Counted from the stretch's first letter, positions 1 to 9,780 are shown. The stretch: 64,000 nucleotides of DNA from an uncultured Clostridium sp. (GCA_947367845.1 CANBES010000007.1:242-64241); one strand, 5' to 3'. Program-made: numbers and translations. Notes: generated from the sequence alone by a model not told the origin.

Positions 1-1
1 A

Positions 2-934
2 AATTCACTTGATAAGCTTCAAAATATGGATAATAATACTGCACCAAAAGTTGATTATAGCCAAGTAAATGTTGATAGATTTTTTTACAATCAACTAGAA
101 GAAGAGTCAAAGACAATATATAAAGCATTAGAAGCAAATAGAGAAAATATGAAAACAGGAACACATAAGATAGAGCTTGGAGATACTTTTTCAGATTTAT
201 TAAGTACTGAAAATGGTCAAACTAAATTGGGCGAATATTATCAATCTGCAATTGAAGCATATACATATGATAATCCAGATATATTTTATTTAAGTCCAAA
301 TAAAATGTACCTAAATATAGAAAAAACAACTAGCCTTTTTAAAACGACTTATAATGTGTTTATAAATAATGGGGAACAACCAAACTATTTGGTTAATGAA
401 TTTTCTTCTAGATCAGAAGTGGAAGATGCAATAAATAAAGTGGAAAGTGTGAAAAAAGATATTATCTCAAAAAGGACAGGGGATATATATGATGATATAA
501 GAATTGTGCATGATTACTTAGTTGATACAATAGAGTATGATACAAGCATTTCACAACATAACATTTATGATGCTTATGGTGCGTTAATAAATCGTTTATG
601 TGTGTGTGAAGGTTATGCAAGAGCGTTTAAATATATTATGGATGATATGAATATTCCTTGTGTGTTGGTAATTGGAAAAGCTACAAATTCAAAAGGTGAG
701 ACAGAAAATCACGCTTGGAATTACGTGAATGTACAAGGTGCTTGGTATGCGATTGATACTACATGGGATGATCCTGTTGTGTTAAATGGCGGAAAGGCAA
801 CTTATGCTTCAAAGTATAAGTATTTCTTAAAGGGTGCTAATACTATGAGTAAGGACCATGCTCCTAGTGGACAATTTACAGAAGGGGGAAAAGTATTTAA
901 TTATCCAACTTTGAGTAATTATAATTATCAATAA
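2..934 (+). CDS. transglutaminase-like cysteine protease domain protein (5' end probably upstream of the window)
   Basis: Frame is open to the window edge. Cys-His-Asp core motifs are present: CEGYARAF, ENHAWNYV, DTTWDD. Confidence 0.7.
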   Translation, partial: NSLDKLQNMDNNTAPKVDYSQVNVDRFFYNQLEEESKTIYKALEANRENMKTGTHKIELGDTFSDLLSTENGQTKLGEYYQSAIEAYTYDNPDIFYLSPNKMYLNIEKTTSLFKTTYNVFINNGEQPNYLVNEFSSRSEVEDAINKVESVKKDIISKRTGDIYDDIRIVHDYLVDTIEYDTSISQHNIYDAYGALINRLCVCEGYARAFKYIMDDMNIPCVLVIGKATNSKGETENHAWNYVNVQGAWYAIDTTWDDPVVLNGGKATYASKYKYFLKGANTMSKDHAPSGQFTEGGKVFNYPTLSNYNYQ

Positions 935-935
935 A

Positions 936-1018
936 GCTGTTTTTGGGGACGGAGCAAAAAAACATCAATTAAATTTTTTTAAAGCGATGTATTTTTGCTC
1001 CGTCCCCAAAAACATCGC
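936..1018. repeat. two inverted copies of the GGGGACGG-loop hairpin (type A: gatgttttt-GGGGACGGAGCAA-aaaaacatc)
   Basis: 936-966 (+) and 984-1018 (-) lie just after the stop codon at 934. The same unit recurs at 6589-6620 and 24003-24034. Confidence 0.8.
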
Positions 1019-1128
1019 TTTTAAAAAAATAAAACTAAAACTTGTCATATTACCAAATCAGCCTAAATATATATTAATTAAAGAATTTAAGAAACAAGCA
1101 TTTCGAATATAAATTTAGGAGGTATATA

Positions 1129-2607
1129 ATGGAAAATACGAGATTGTATCAAGACATCGCAAAAAGAACAGACGGAGACATTTACGTTGGGGTGGTAGGA
1201 CCAGTAAGAACAGGAAAATCTACATTTATTAAAAAATTTATGGACTTACTGGTAATTCCAAACATTGACAATGAATACAAAAAAGAAAGAGCAAAAGATG
1301 AACTTCCACAAAGTGCTGGTGGAAGGACTATAATGACAACAGAGCCAAAATTTGTGCCAAATGAGGCAATTGAAATCACTTTGGATAACAACTTAAAATT
1401 CAAAACAAGATTAGTTGATTGTGTTGGTTATCTAGTCGATAATGCAATTGGTTATTTAGAAGACGATATGCCAAGAATGGTAAAAACACCTTGGTCAGAT
1501 GAGGAGATACCTTTTGAGACTGCGGCAGAGATAGGCACGAAGAAAGTAATAGATGAGCATTCTACAATAGGAATATTAGTTACAACAGATGGAAGTGTTA
1601 CAGATATTCCAAGAGAAGATTATATCAAGGCAGAAGAAAGAGTGGTTTCTGAATTAAAAGCTTTGAACAAACCATTTATCATATTGCTAAATTCTGCTGA
1701 ACCTAATTCATCTTACACACAAGAATTAGCGAATACATTAAGTGAAAAATATAAAACTTCTGTTGTGCCAACAAATTGTGAGTATTTATCAATTGATGAT
1801 ATTAACAACATGTTTTCAAAGTTATTATATGAATTTCCAGTTGAACAAATTAAAATTAAATGTCCAAGGTGGATTGACGGATTAGAATTTACGCATCCTT
1901 TAAAAACTGAGTTGTATAATGAAATTAGAGAAGCTTTTGAAAATGTCAATGTTTTAAAAGATGTTTCTGATTGTGTTTCATCAATTAATCAAACGGAAAT
2001 AATTGAAAGAAGCTTGCTTAGTGATATTCAACTAGGTACAGGTAGTATTAATGTAGAAATCACTTTAAAAGAGAATTTGTTTTACAATGTGCTTACAGAA
2101 ATTACCGGTGTTAAAGTTGATAATGAAGGAGATTTGTTTAGTATTATTTCTGAATTATCTGTTACAAAGAAAAGATATGATAAAATTGCATATGCACTAG
2201 ATGAAGTTGAACGTAAAGGTTATGGAATTGTAACACCTTCAATGGATGAGCTTATTTTAGAAGAACCTGAAATGGTAAAACAAGGCTCTAGATTTGGTGT
2301 TAAACTTAAAGCGACGGCACCTTCTATCCACTTAATTAGAACAAATGTGGAAACTGAAGTGTCTCCAATTGTTGGCTCTGAAAAACAATCTGAAGAACTT
2401 GTTAATTATTTGTTATCTGAGTTTGAAAGTGACCCTAAGAAAATTTGGGAGTCTAATATTTTCGGTAAGAGTTTACATGAACTTGTTAATGAAGGGCTAC
2501 AAACTAAATTGTCTAAAATGCCAGAAGATGCACAAATTAAGCTACAAGAGACTTTGGAGAGAATTGTTAATGAAGGTAGTGGCGGTTTAATTTGTATAAT
2601 TTTATAG
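1129..2607 (+). CDS. spoIVA: stage IV sporulation protein A (spore coat morphogenetic ATPase)
   Basis: 492 aa. N-terminus DIYVGVVGPVRTGKSTFIKKF (Walker A) and overall SpoIVA-like sequence. AGGAGG RBS. Confidence 0.92.
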   Translation: MENTRLYQDIAKRTDGDIYVGVVGPVRTGKSTFIKKFMDLLVIPNIDNEYKKERAKDELPQSAGGRTIMTTEPKFVPNEAIEITLDNNLKFKTRLVDCVGYLVDNAIGYLEDDMPRMVKTPWSDEEIPFETAAEIGTKKVIDEHSTIGILVTTDGSVTDIPREDYIKAEERVVSELKALNKPFIILLNSAEPNSSYTQELANTLSEKYKTSVVPTNCEYLSIDDINNMFSKLLYEFPVEQIKIKCPRWIDGLEFTHPLKTELYNEIREAFENVNVLKDVSDCVSSINQTEIIERSLLSDIQLGTGSINVEITLKENLFYNVLTEITGVKVDNEGDLFSIISELSVTKKRYDKIAYALDEVERKGYGIVTPSMDELILEEPEMVKQGSRFGVKLKATAPSIHLIRTNVETEVSPIVGSEKQSEELVNYLLSEFESDPKKIWESNIFGKSLHELVNEGLQTKLSKMPEDAQIKLQETLERIVNEGSGGLICIIL

Positions 2608-2810
2608 GAATTAAGGGGATATCTATTTTGATATTCCTTTAAAAATGGATGGAAATAATTGGCATAATTCCACCAAAAAAGGCATTTAAGTGTGATAAGA
2701 GGAAAAAGAAGGTCGAAAAAGGTTGATAAATAAAAAAAACTATGTTAAAATGACAAAAGCACAGACGACAGCATATAATAGAGTATACTAAGTAGGAAGG
2801 AAAGATAATT

Positions 2811-4061
2811 ATGGATAAAGAGCAAGAACTAATACAACTATTAGAAAAATACAACCAAGACCATATTATAAAACTATTAAAAAAAATAGACGGAGCAAAA
2901 AGAAAAGAATTAATAGACCAAATAGAAAACATAGATTTTAACCAAATAATGGAACTATATGAACACACAAAAAAGCCAGTAGAAATAAAAGAAAATAAAA
3001 TAGAAGCCACATCATATTTAGACAAATCAAAACTAACAAAAGATCAAAAAGAAAGATTTGACGAATTAGGAGAGCAAATAATAAGAAGCGGAAAATATGC
3101 AGTAGTAACAATGGCAGGTGGCCAAGGAACAAGACTTGGACATAGCGGCCCAAAAGGGACATTCAAATTAGATGTATATGGAAAAGGAAAATATTTATTT
3201 GAAATATTAGCAGATAACCTAAAAGAAGCAAATAAAAAATATAACACAATAATTCCATGGTACATAATGACAAGCAAAGAAAATAATCAAGATACATTAG
3301 ATTTTTTAGAAAAACACAATTACTTTGGATATGACAAAAACCAAGTAACAACATTTATACAAGGTGGATTACCATTAATTGATAAACAAGGAAAAATGTT
3401 AATAGGAAAAGACCTAAAAATAAGAGAAGCATCAGACGGAAATGGTGGAACATATGCAGCTCTAAGACAGAATGGCTGTTTAGCAGATATGAAAGAAAAA
3501 GGAATAAAATGGGTGTTTATTGGAAGCGTTGACAATGCTTTACTAAAAATGGCAGATGTAACACTACTTGGAATGGCAATAGACAAAGATGTAGAAATAG
3601 CATCAAAATCAGTAGTAAAAGTAAACCCACATGAAAGGGTAGGCGTATTTTGTAAAATGAACAAATGCCCAAAAGTAATTGAATATACAGAACTACCAGA
3701 AAAAATGGCAGAAGAAACAGATATGAATGGAGAACTAAAATATGGGGAATCTCACATAATGTGTAATTTATACACAATAGACGCAATTGAGAAAATCAGC
3801 AAAGAGCCATTAATATATCATAGTGCATTCAAGAAAAACTCATATATAGACGAAAATGGCAAAGAAGTAGTGCCAACAGAGCCAAATAGCTATAAATTCG
3901 AATCTTTTATATTTGACGCATTTGAATTTTTTGACGATATAGCAATTTTAAGGGGAAAAAGAGAAGACGACTTTGCACCTGTAAAAAACAAGGATGGTGT
4001 AGATAGCCCTAAAACAGCTAAAGAGTTATACGAAAAATACTGGGAAAGACAAGGCAAATAA
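2811..4061 (+). CDS. UDPGP-family (UAP1-type) UDP-N-acetylhexosamine / UDP-sugar pyrophosphorylase
   Basis: MAGGQGTRLG nucleotide-binding loop and a 416 aa UDPGP-like layout. Confidence 0.75.
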   Translation: MDKEQELIQLLEKYNQDHIIKLLKKIDGAKRKELIDQIENIDFNQIMELYEHTKKPVEIKENKIEATSYLDKSKLTKDQKERFDELGEQIIRSGKYAVVTMAGGQGTRLGHSGPKGTFKLDVYGKGKYLFEILADNLKEANKKYNTIIPWYIMTSKENNQDTLDFLEKHNYFGYDKNQVTTFIQGGLPLIDKQGKMLIGKDLKIREASDGNGGTYAALRQNGCLADMKEKGIKWVFIGSVDNALLKMADVTLLGMAIDKDVEIASKSVVKVNPHERVGVFCKMNKCPKVIEYTELPEKMAEETDMNGELKYGESHIMCNLYTIDAIEKISKEPLIYHSAFKKNSYIDENGKEVVPTEPNSYKFESFIFDAFEFFDDIAILRGKREDDFAPVKNKDGVDSPKTAKELYEKYWERQGK

Positions 4062-4062
4062 A

Positions 4063-4157
4063 GGTGTTTTTGGGAGAACCCTGCCAATGGGGACGGACCT
4101 TTTTGGCAGGGATATATTTTTAAAGGATGTTTTTAAGGACTGTCCCTAAAAACACCC
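4063..4157. repeat. composite nested hairpin repeat (type B unit ccctgccaa-TGGGGACGGACCTTT-ttggcaggg inside a ggtgtttttggg/ccctaaaaacacc outer stem)
   Basis: Inverted repeats read directly. GGGGACGG box at 4089-4096. Confidence 0.7.
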
Positions 4158-4173
4158 AAAAGGAGAAAGTGTT

Positions 4174-4839
4174 ATGGAAGAATGTAAAGTAAAAAATTTA
4201 TATAATTTAGAAGAAACAATTGCCAAAGATTTGTTAGGAACAGTAACATATCCATGGGAAGCACTACCAAAAATTGCAGATTTTATAATAGAATTAGGAA
4301 AAAGTTTAGACAAAGAAAAATATGAAGAAGTAGAAGAAAATATATGGATAGCAAAAACTGCAAAAGTTGCACCAACTGCTTACATAGCAGCACCTTGCAT
4401 AATTTGTGAAAATGCAGAAATTAGACATTGTGCATTTATTAGGGGAAAAGCGATTGTTGGTGAAGGTGCAGTTGTTGGAAACTCTACAGAACTTAAAAAT
4501 GTAATTTTGTTTAATAAAGTTCAAGTGCCACATTACAATTATGTTGGTGACTCGGTTTTAGGATATAAAGCTCATATGGGAGCAGGTTCAATAACTTCTA
4601 ACGTTAAATCTGACAAAAAATTAGTTGTAGTAAAAAATGGAAAAGAACAAATTGAAACTGGAATTAAAAAATTTGGTGCAATGCTTGGTGATGAAGTAGA
4701 AATAGGTTGCGGAACTGTTTTAAACCCAGGAAGTGTTGTAGGGAAAAATTCTAATATTTATCCACTTTCTTCTGTAAGGGGAGTTGTACCTGAAAAATCA
4801 ATCTATAAAAATCAAAATGAAATAGTAATAAAAAAATAG
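4174..4839 (+). CDS. left-handed beta-helix (hexapeptide repeat) acyltransferase, GlmU C-terminal-domain-like
   Basis: Repeated [LIV]G-x4 hexapeptide pattern (VGEGAVVGNSTELKNVILF..., IGCGTVLNPGSVVGKNSNI). Confidence 0.65.
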   Translation: MEECKVKNLYNLEETIAKDLLGTVTYPWEALPKIADFIIELGKSLDKEKYEEVEENIWIAKTAKVAPTAYIAAPCIICENAEIRHCAFIRGKAIVGEGAVVGNSTELKNVILFNKVQVPHYNYVGDSVLGYKAHMGAGSITSNVKSDKKLVVVKNGKEQIETGIKKFGAMLGDEVEIGCGTVLNPGSVVGKNSNIYPLSSVRGVVPEKSIYKNQNEIVIKK

Positions 4840-4842
4840 AAA

Positions 4843-4894
4843 AATCAGCCTAAATTATACTGTTACAAAACAATATAATTTAAGCTGATTTTTT
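4843..4894. terminator. bidirectional rho-independent terminator between convergent genes
   Basis: 17-bp stem aatcagcctaaattata / tataatttaagctgatt followed by a T-run. Confidence 0.7.
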
Positions 4895-4895
4895 A

Positions 4896-5270
4896 CTACA
4901 TTGATTGATTTCCAGGTAGGAAGTAATCAACAATACCGTAAATTAAAGCACCTATAATAGCGGCCATCCACGAGATTGAGTAACCAGCAACGAAAAATTG
5001 AGTAACATATAATGTAATTGCTGCTAACGCAAATCCAACAAAGCCTTTACCAAAAGGACTAGCATGTAAGCCCGTAAATTTGACTACTAAGTAATCTATT
5101 ATAGTTAAAACTATAGCGGCTATTGCTAAAGTCCAAATACTATTTATAGTAAATCCAGGTGTAAAAAATGCAGTAATAGCAAGTACAACAGCAGCACCAA
5201 TTAATCTACCAACTATTTGCCATACAGTAGAAGTACCACTATTTGCACGACTCCCTTGAGCTTCTGACAT
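4896..5270 (-). CDS. small 4-TM membrane protein (DUF360 / phage-holin-4_2-like)
   Basis: 124 aa with four hydrophobic helices. The family call is by resemblance only. Confidence 0.45.
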   Translation of the reverse strand: MSEAQGSRANSGTSTVWQIVGRLIGAAVVLAITAFFTPGFTINSIWTLAIAAIVLTIIDYLVVKFTGLHASPFGKGFVGFALAAITLYVTQFFVAGYSISWMAAIIGALIYGIVDYFLPGNQSM

Positions 5271-5414
5271 AGGTTCAACCTCCTTAGTTTTTTTTATTTT
5301 AATGTAAATTTTTCAAAGGTTCTAAGCTTATTATTTACAAAAAAAATTTATTTATACAAATAGTATAAATTGGTTAAAATTTGTAAAAAATAAAAATAAA
5401 AAAGGAGAATTTAA

Positions 5415-6086
5415 ATGTTAATTACTTTTTTTAGAGCGATAGTTTTATATTTGGTAGTTTTAATAGTAATGAGACTAATGGGAAAAAGAGAAATTGGACA
5501 ACTACAGCCATTTGAGCTAGCAATTTCTATTATGATTGCAGATTTAGCATCTATTCCAATGACTGAGATTGGAATTCCTATTTTTAATGGAATAATACCA
5601 ATTTTAGGACTTCTTGTTATGCATTTATTAATTTCTGTTATTAATTTAAAAAGCTTAAGAGCAAGAGAAATAATTTGCGGAAAGCCTAGTATTTTAATAT
5701 ATAGGGGAAAAATAAATGAAAAAGCATTGTTAAAAGAAAGATTTACTATAAATGAACTAGAAGAACGATTGCGTGGCAACAATGTAGTAAATTTGGGCGA
5801 TGTGGAATATGCAATTTTAGAAACAAGTGGACAAGTGACTGTTATACAAAAGCCTGAGAAAAGAACAACAATACCCGAAGACTTTAACATTTTGCCAGAG
5901 TATGAAGGGATTCCATATGATTTAGTTATTGATGGAAAAGTAATGGAAGCAAACTTACAAGCTATTGGTAAAAATTATAATTGGTTAAAAAAACAAACTG
6001 AAAAATTTGGAATAGAGCCAGAGGAAGCATTGGTAGTAACATTAGATGGAAAAGGCCAAATTTTCTGTCAAAAAAAAGAATCTTAA
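5415..6086 (+). CDS. DUF421 (YetF-like) membrane protein
   Basis: N-terminus LVVLIVMRLMGKREIGQLQPFELA is typical of DUF421. Good RBS. Confidence 0.7.
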   Translation: MLITFFRAIVLYLVVLIVMRLMGKREIGQLQPFELAISIMIADLASIPMTEIGIPIFNGIIPILGLLVMHLLISVINLKSLRAREIICGKPSILIYRGKINEKALLKERFTINELEERLRGNNVVNLGDVEYAILETSGQVTVIQKPEKRTTIPEDFNILPEYEGIPYDLVIDGKVMEANLQAIGKNYNWLKKQTEKFGIEPEEALVVTLDGKGQIFCQKKES

Positions 6087-6156
6087 TAATAAATGAAAAT
6101 TAGAGATTGAGAAATGCTTAGTAAATTTGTGCTTTTGAGAAAGGATTAAATCGAAT

Positions 6157-6558
6157 ATGAAAAAAGAAATTATTATATGCATATTTATAGTAATAATAAT
6201 TGTAATTGCAAATATTATTACTCAAAATTATACAACTAAATCAGTAACAGAATTAAATAATAAACTAGAAACATTAGAGACAGAGATTACCGATATTGGC
6301 GAAAGTGGAGAAATTGACAAAGATAGCATTAAATCTAAAATAAAGGAAATTGAAAAATATTGGGAAGACGTTCATGGTAAACTTGCATATTATATTGAGC
6401 ATGATGAACTTGAAAAAGTTGAAACAGATATTGTTGGTATAAACAGTAGTATTGAGACTGATGATTACGAACAAGTTCTTAGTAAAATTGATGAAAGTAA
6501 ATTTATTTTGCGACATATTGAGGATAAATATGCATTTACATTAGAAAATGTATTTTAA
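6157..6558 (+). CDS. DUF4363-like small membrane-anchored protein
   Basis: N-terminal TM helix followed by a helical domain. The DUF421-DUF4363 pairing is common in Clostridia. Confidence 0.55.
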   Translation: MKKEIIICIFIVIIIVIANIITQNYTTKSVTELNNKLETLETEITDIGESGEIDKDSIKSKIKEIEKYWEDVHGKLAYYIEHDELEKVETDIVGINSSIETDDYEQVLSKIDESKFILRHIEDKYAFTLENVF

Positions 6559-6588
6559 AACAGATTACAAACCGGCATAAAGCTTAAT

Positions 6589-6620
6589 CGATGTTTTTTT
6601 GCTCCGTCCCCAAAAACATC
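6589..6620 (-). repeat. GGGGACGG-loop hairpin, type A (reverse orientation)
   Basis: cgatgttttttt-GCTCCGTCCCC-aaaaacatc sits 30 nt after the stop codon. Confidence 0.8.
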
Positions 6621-6712
6621 AAAAAAAATCATAATTATTCTTTACATTTAGAAAGAACTAATATAAAATAAACGTAAATAGGACATACTAAGAAAAAATA
6701 TGGAGGAAACAA

Positions 6713-9103
6713 ATGAAAAGAAAAAATGAATTAAGTTATAAAGATTTAAAAATGACTTGTAATCCATCTGTTTTTGATTTTGACACAACTGAAGAGTTAG
6801 ACCCAATAATAGAAGGAATTGGTCAAGAACGTGGAATAAAAGCACTAGAATTTGGACTAAAGGTAGATGTAAAAGGATATAACCTATACTTAGAAGGTCC
6901 AAGTGGTGTAGGAAAGACAATGTATACAAAAAATTATTTGGATACAATAGCAGCGAAGAAAAAAGTGCCTTCAGACTGGTGCTACGTATATAATTTTGAT
7001 AATCCTAATCAGCCTGTGGCAATCGAGTTACCTGCTGGACAAGGTAAACAATTTAAAGATTCAATGGAAGGCTTTATAAAAGAGATTAGAAAAGACATCA
7101 GAAAAACTTTTAATAATGATGATTTCGAAAAGGAAAAAACCTTAATAAAACAAGAATTTGAAACAAAACGTACAGAGTTATTAGATAAATTAAACAAAGA
7201 TGCATCAAAACACAATTTCCAAGTAAAAACAGCACAAAATGGAATTTATATGACACCAATTGTGGATGGAAGAGCGATTGAAGAAGAAGAATTTGAAAAA
7301 TTGGCAGAAGAAGTTAAAAAAGCATATGAAGAAAGAGCTGTAATTGTGCAAGAACAAATTATGGCCACAATAACTCAGATAAAAGAAATAGAAAGATTAT
7401 CAGACAAAAAAATATCAGAATGGCAGTCAAATGTTGCGCTTCTTACAGTAAATGCGCATATTAATTATTTGAAATCACAATATAAAAGAAATAAAAAAAT
7501 AACAAAATTCTTTAATGATGTTAAACAAGACGTTTTGAGAAATATACCTGCATTTTTAGAAGATAACTCAAAACAACCACAACAACAACCAGTTCAAGGC
7601 CCTGTACAAAGAAAACCAGATCCAAGCGAAAACTATCGAGTAAATCTGTTTGTTGATAATTCAAACCGAGAAGGTGCTCCAGTCATAATGGATTCAAACT
7701 ATTCATACCATAATATTTTTGGAAGTTTGGAATACGAAAATTACTATGGAGCGTTAAAAACAGATCACACAATGTTAAAGCCAGGACTTATGCAACAAGC
7801 AAATGGCGGATATATAATTTTCCAAGCAAAAGACTTGTTAACAAATGGCGCTTGTTATGAAGCTCTAAAAAAAGCATTAAGAGTAAAACAAATAGCAATA
7901 GAAAATACAGCAGACCAACGTTCTTCAATGGTTATGGTTTCTCTAAAACCTGAACCAATACCACTAGACTTAAAAGTTATTTTAATTGGTAATGCAAATA
8001 TTTATCAAACATTATTAGCTATGGATTCAGACTTTAGAAAATTATTCAAAATAAAAGTTGAATTTGAAGAAAGTGCCGAAATTAACAAAGATAATGTTAA
8101 CAAATTAGCAAGAATTATATATAGCTTCTGTGAAGCAGAAGAATTGCCACACCTAGACAAAGAAGCGATGGCAAGATTGGTAGAATACGCATCTAGATTA
8201 GCTGGAAGTCATAGTAAAGTTTCTACAAGATTTAATGATCTAATGCAAGTAGTAGCAGAAGCTGCAACTTGGGCAAAAATGTCAAAATCAAAAGTTGTAA
8301 CTGCGAAATTCATTGACAAAGCATTAGCAGAAAGAGTTGAAAGGGTAAAAAAATATGACGAAAGATATCTAGAAATGATAAAACAAAACTCATTACTAAT
8401 AAATACTACAGGATATGAAGTTGGAGAATTAAACGGTTTAACAGTTATGACAATAGGAGATTACACATTTGGAAAACCAGCCAAAATAACTGTAAACACA
8501 TACACAGGAAAAAGTGGTATAGTAAATATAGAAAGAGAAGTTGAAATCTCTGGGCCTTCACACTCTAAAGGTGTATTGATTTTAACAGGATATTTAGGAG
8601 AAATGTTTGCACAAGACATTCCACTATGTTTAACAGCAAGTATCTGTTTTGAACAATTATATAACGGAGTTGACGGAGATAGTGCTTCTAGTACAGAGTT
8701 ATATGGATTACTTTCAAGCTTGTCAGGAATACCAATAAATCAAGCAATTGCCGTTACTGGTTCTGTTAATCAAAAAGGACAAATACAACCAATTGGTGGC
8801 GTAAATGAGAAAATAGAAGGGTATTTCCAAGTATGTAAAACTCGTGGACTAGACGGAACTCATGGAGTTATGATACCTATTCAAAATGTTGATAATTTGC
8901 AACTATCAGCTGAAATTATTGAAGCTGTTAAAGAACAAAAATTTCATATTTATTCTGTTTCTACAATTGAAGAAGGAATTGAAGTTTTAACAGGAGTTCC
9001 AGCTGGTAAGAAGGATAAAGACGGTCATTTTCCAGCAGGTACAGTAAATTATCTTGTTTATGAAAAACTTAAAAAATATGCAAAAGTAAGTTCAAAAAGT
9101 TAA
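6713..9103 (+). CDS. Lon-related AAA+ ATPase / S16 serine protease
   Basis: P-loop GPSGVGKT. C-terminal S16 motifs GDSASS (Ser) and GGVNEKIEG (Lys). 796 aa. Confidence 0.8.
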   Translation: MKRKNELSYKDLKMTCNPSVFDFDTTEELDPIIEGIGQERGIKALEFGLKVDVKGYNLYLEGPSGVGKTMYTKNYLDTIAAKKKVPSDWCYVYNFDNPNQPVAIELPAGQGKQFKDSMEGFIKEIRKDIRKTFNNDDFEKEKTLIKQEFETKRTELLDKLNKDASKHNFQVKTAQNGIYMTPIVDGRAIEEEEFEKLAEEVKKAYEERAVIVQEQIMATITQIKEIERLSDKKISEWQSNVALLTVNAHINYLKSQYKRNKKITKFFNDVKQDVLRNIPAFLEDNSKQPQQQPVQGPVQRKPDPSENYRVNLFVDNSNREGAPVIMDSNYSYHNIFGSLEYENYYGALKTDHTMLKPGLMQQANGGYIIFQAKDLLTNGACYEALKKALRVKQIAIENTADQRSSMVMVSLKPEPIPLDLKVILIGNANIYQTLLAMDSDFRKLFKIKVEFEESAEINKDNVNKLARIIYSFCEAEELPHLDKEAMARLVEYASRLAGSHSKVSTRFNDLMQVVAEAATWAKMSKSKVVTAKFIDKALAERVERVKKYDERYLEMIKQNSLLINTTGYEVGELNGLTVMTIGDYTFGKPAKITVNTYTGKSGIVNIEREVEISGPSHSKGVLILTGYLGEMFAQDIPLCLTASICFEQLYNGVDGDSASSTELYGLLSSLSGIPINQAIAVTGSVNQKGQIQPIGGVNEKIEGYFQVCKTRGLDGTHGVMIPIQNVDNLQLSAEIIEAVKEQKFHIYSVSTIEEGIEVLTGVPAGKKDKDGHFPAGTVNYLVYEKLKKYAKVSSKS

Positions 9104-9111
9104 TTATAAAA

Positions 9112-9140
9112 TTGCCAAGAGGGATGGACCTTTTTGGCAA
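9112..9140 (+). repeat. GGGGACGG-loop hairpin, type B variant
   Basis: ttgccaa-GAGGGATGGACCTTT-ttggcaa lies directly after the lon-like stop codon. Confidence 0.7.
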
Positions 9141-9155
9141 TTTTTTGATGCAAAT

Positions 9156-9682
9156 CCTGCCAACGGGGACGGACCTTTTTGGCAGATTTCTGCCGTTGGG
9201 GGACGGTTCTTCCTAAAATTGGCGATGGTTTCCTTCCGCCGTATATGTGCAAAATTTTGATTTTGCTTGCTTGAATGAAGAAAAATTTAAAATTTGTAAG
9301 TTTATATAAAAAGTAATGTTCGCGGGCAAATTCTTATTTTTATTTTTCATAAATTCTTAGGTTCCTTACATAAGAAAAGAAATTCTAAAATCTTTTTATG
9401 GCACCCTTCCACAGCAAGTGTGAACTCTTTCCATAAAAAGATTAAAGAATTTCTATTTTTTTATTTCAGTCACATTCATCATTTATTCAAAATATAAAAT
9501 AAGAATTTGAGCCTGAGTGAAAGCTCCTTTTTATATAAACATACAAATTGTTATTGAACGTAATGAACAAAAGCAAAATCAAAATTTTACACATATACGG
9601 CGGAAGGAAACCATCGCCAATTTTAGGAAGAACCGTCCCCAGTGGCAGAAACCTGCCAAAAAGGACCGTCCCCGTTGGCAGG
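9156..9682. repeat. giant imperfect palindrome (~527 bp), copy 1 of a structured repeat family (MITE-like element or large hairpin RNA)
   Basis: Arms pair end to end around a centre near 9419. A conserved ~255 bp core spans 9293-9548. The outer arms contain GGGGACGG boxes. Confidence 0.85.
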
Positions 9683-9780
9683 GTAGATAACAATTTTGTA
9701 CTATGTAGTCAAAATAACATAAAAGTATTGCAAAAATTAGTAAAAATATATATAATATAGCTAATTGAAAGGGTGAAAAA

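Noticed and set aside
1040-1075. A sigma-E type sporulation promoter upstream of spoIVA (GTCATATT ... AATATATA).
   Set aside because: The -35-like element is plausible, but the -10 does not match CATACA-T well, and I cannot fix the spacing with confidence in such AT-rich DNA.
9293-9548. The idea that the two palindromic cores are 6S RNA genes (long hairpin with an asymmetric central bubble whose 3' side forms a small hairpin; Firmicutes often have two 6S RNAs).
   Set aside because: The core is about 255 nt and pairing continues for 420-530 bp, much longer than 6S (~190 nt). The two copies are about 85% identical, like a dispersed repeat rather than diverged 6S-1/6S-2 paralogs. This is not excluded without a covariance-model search.
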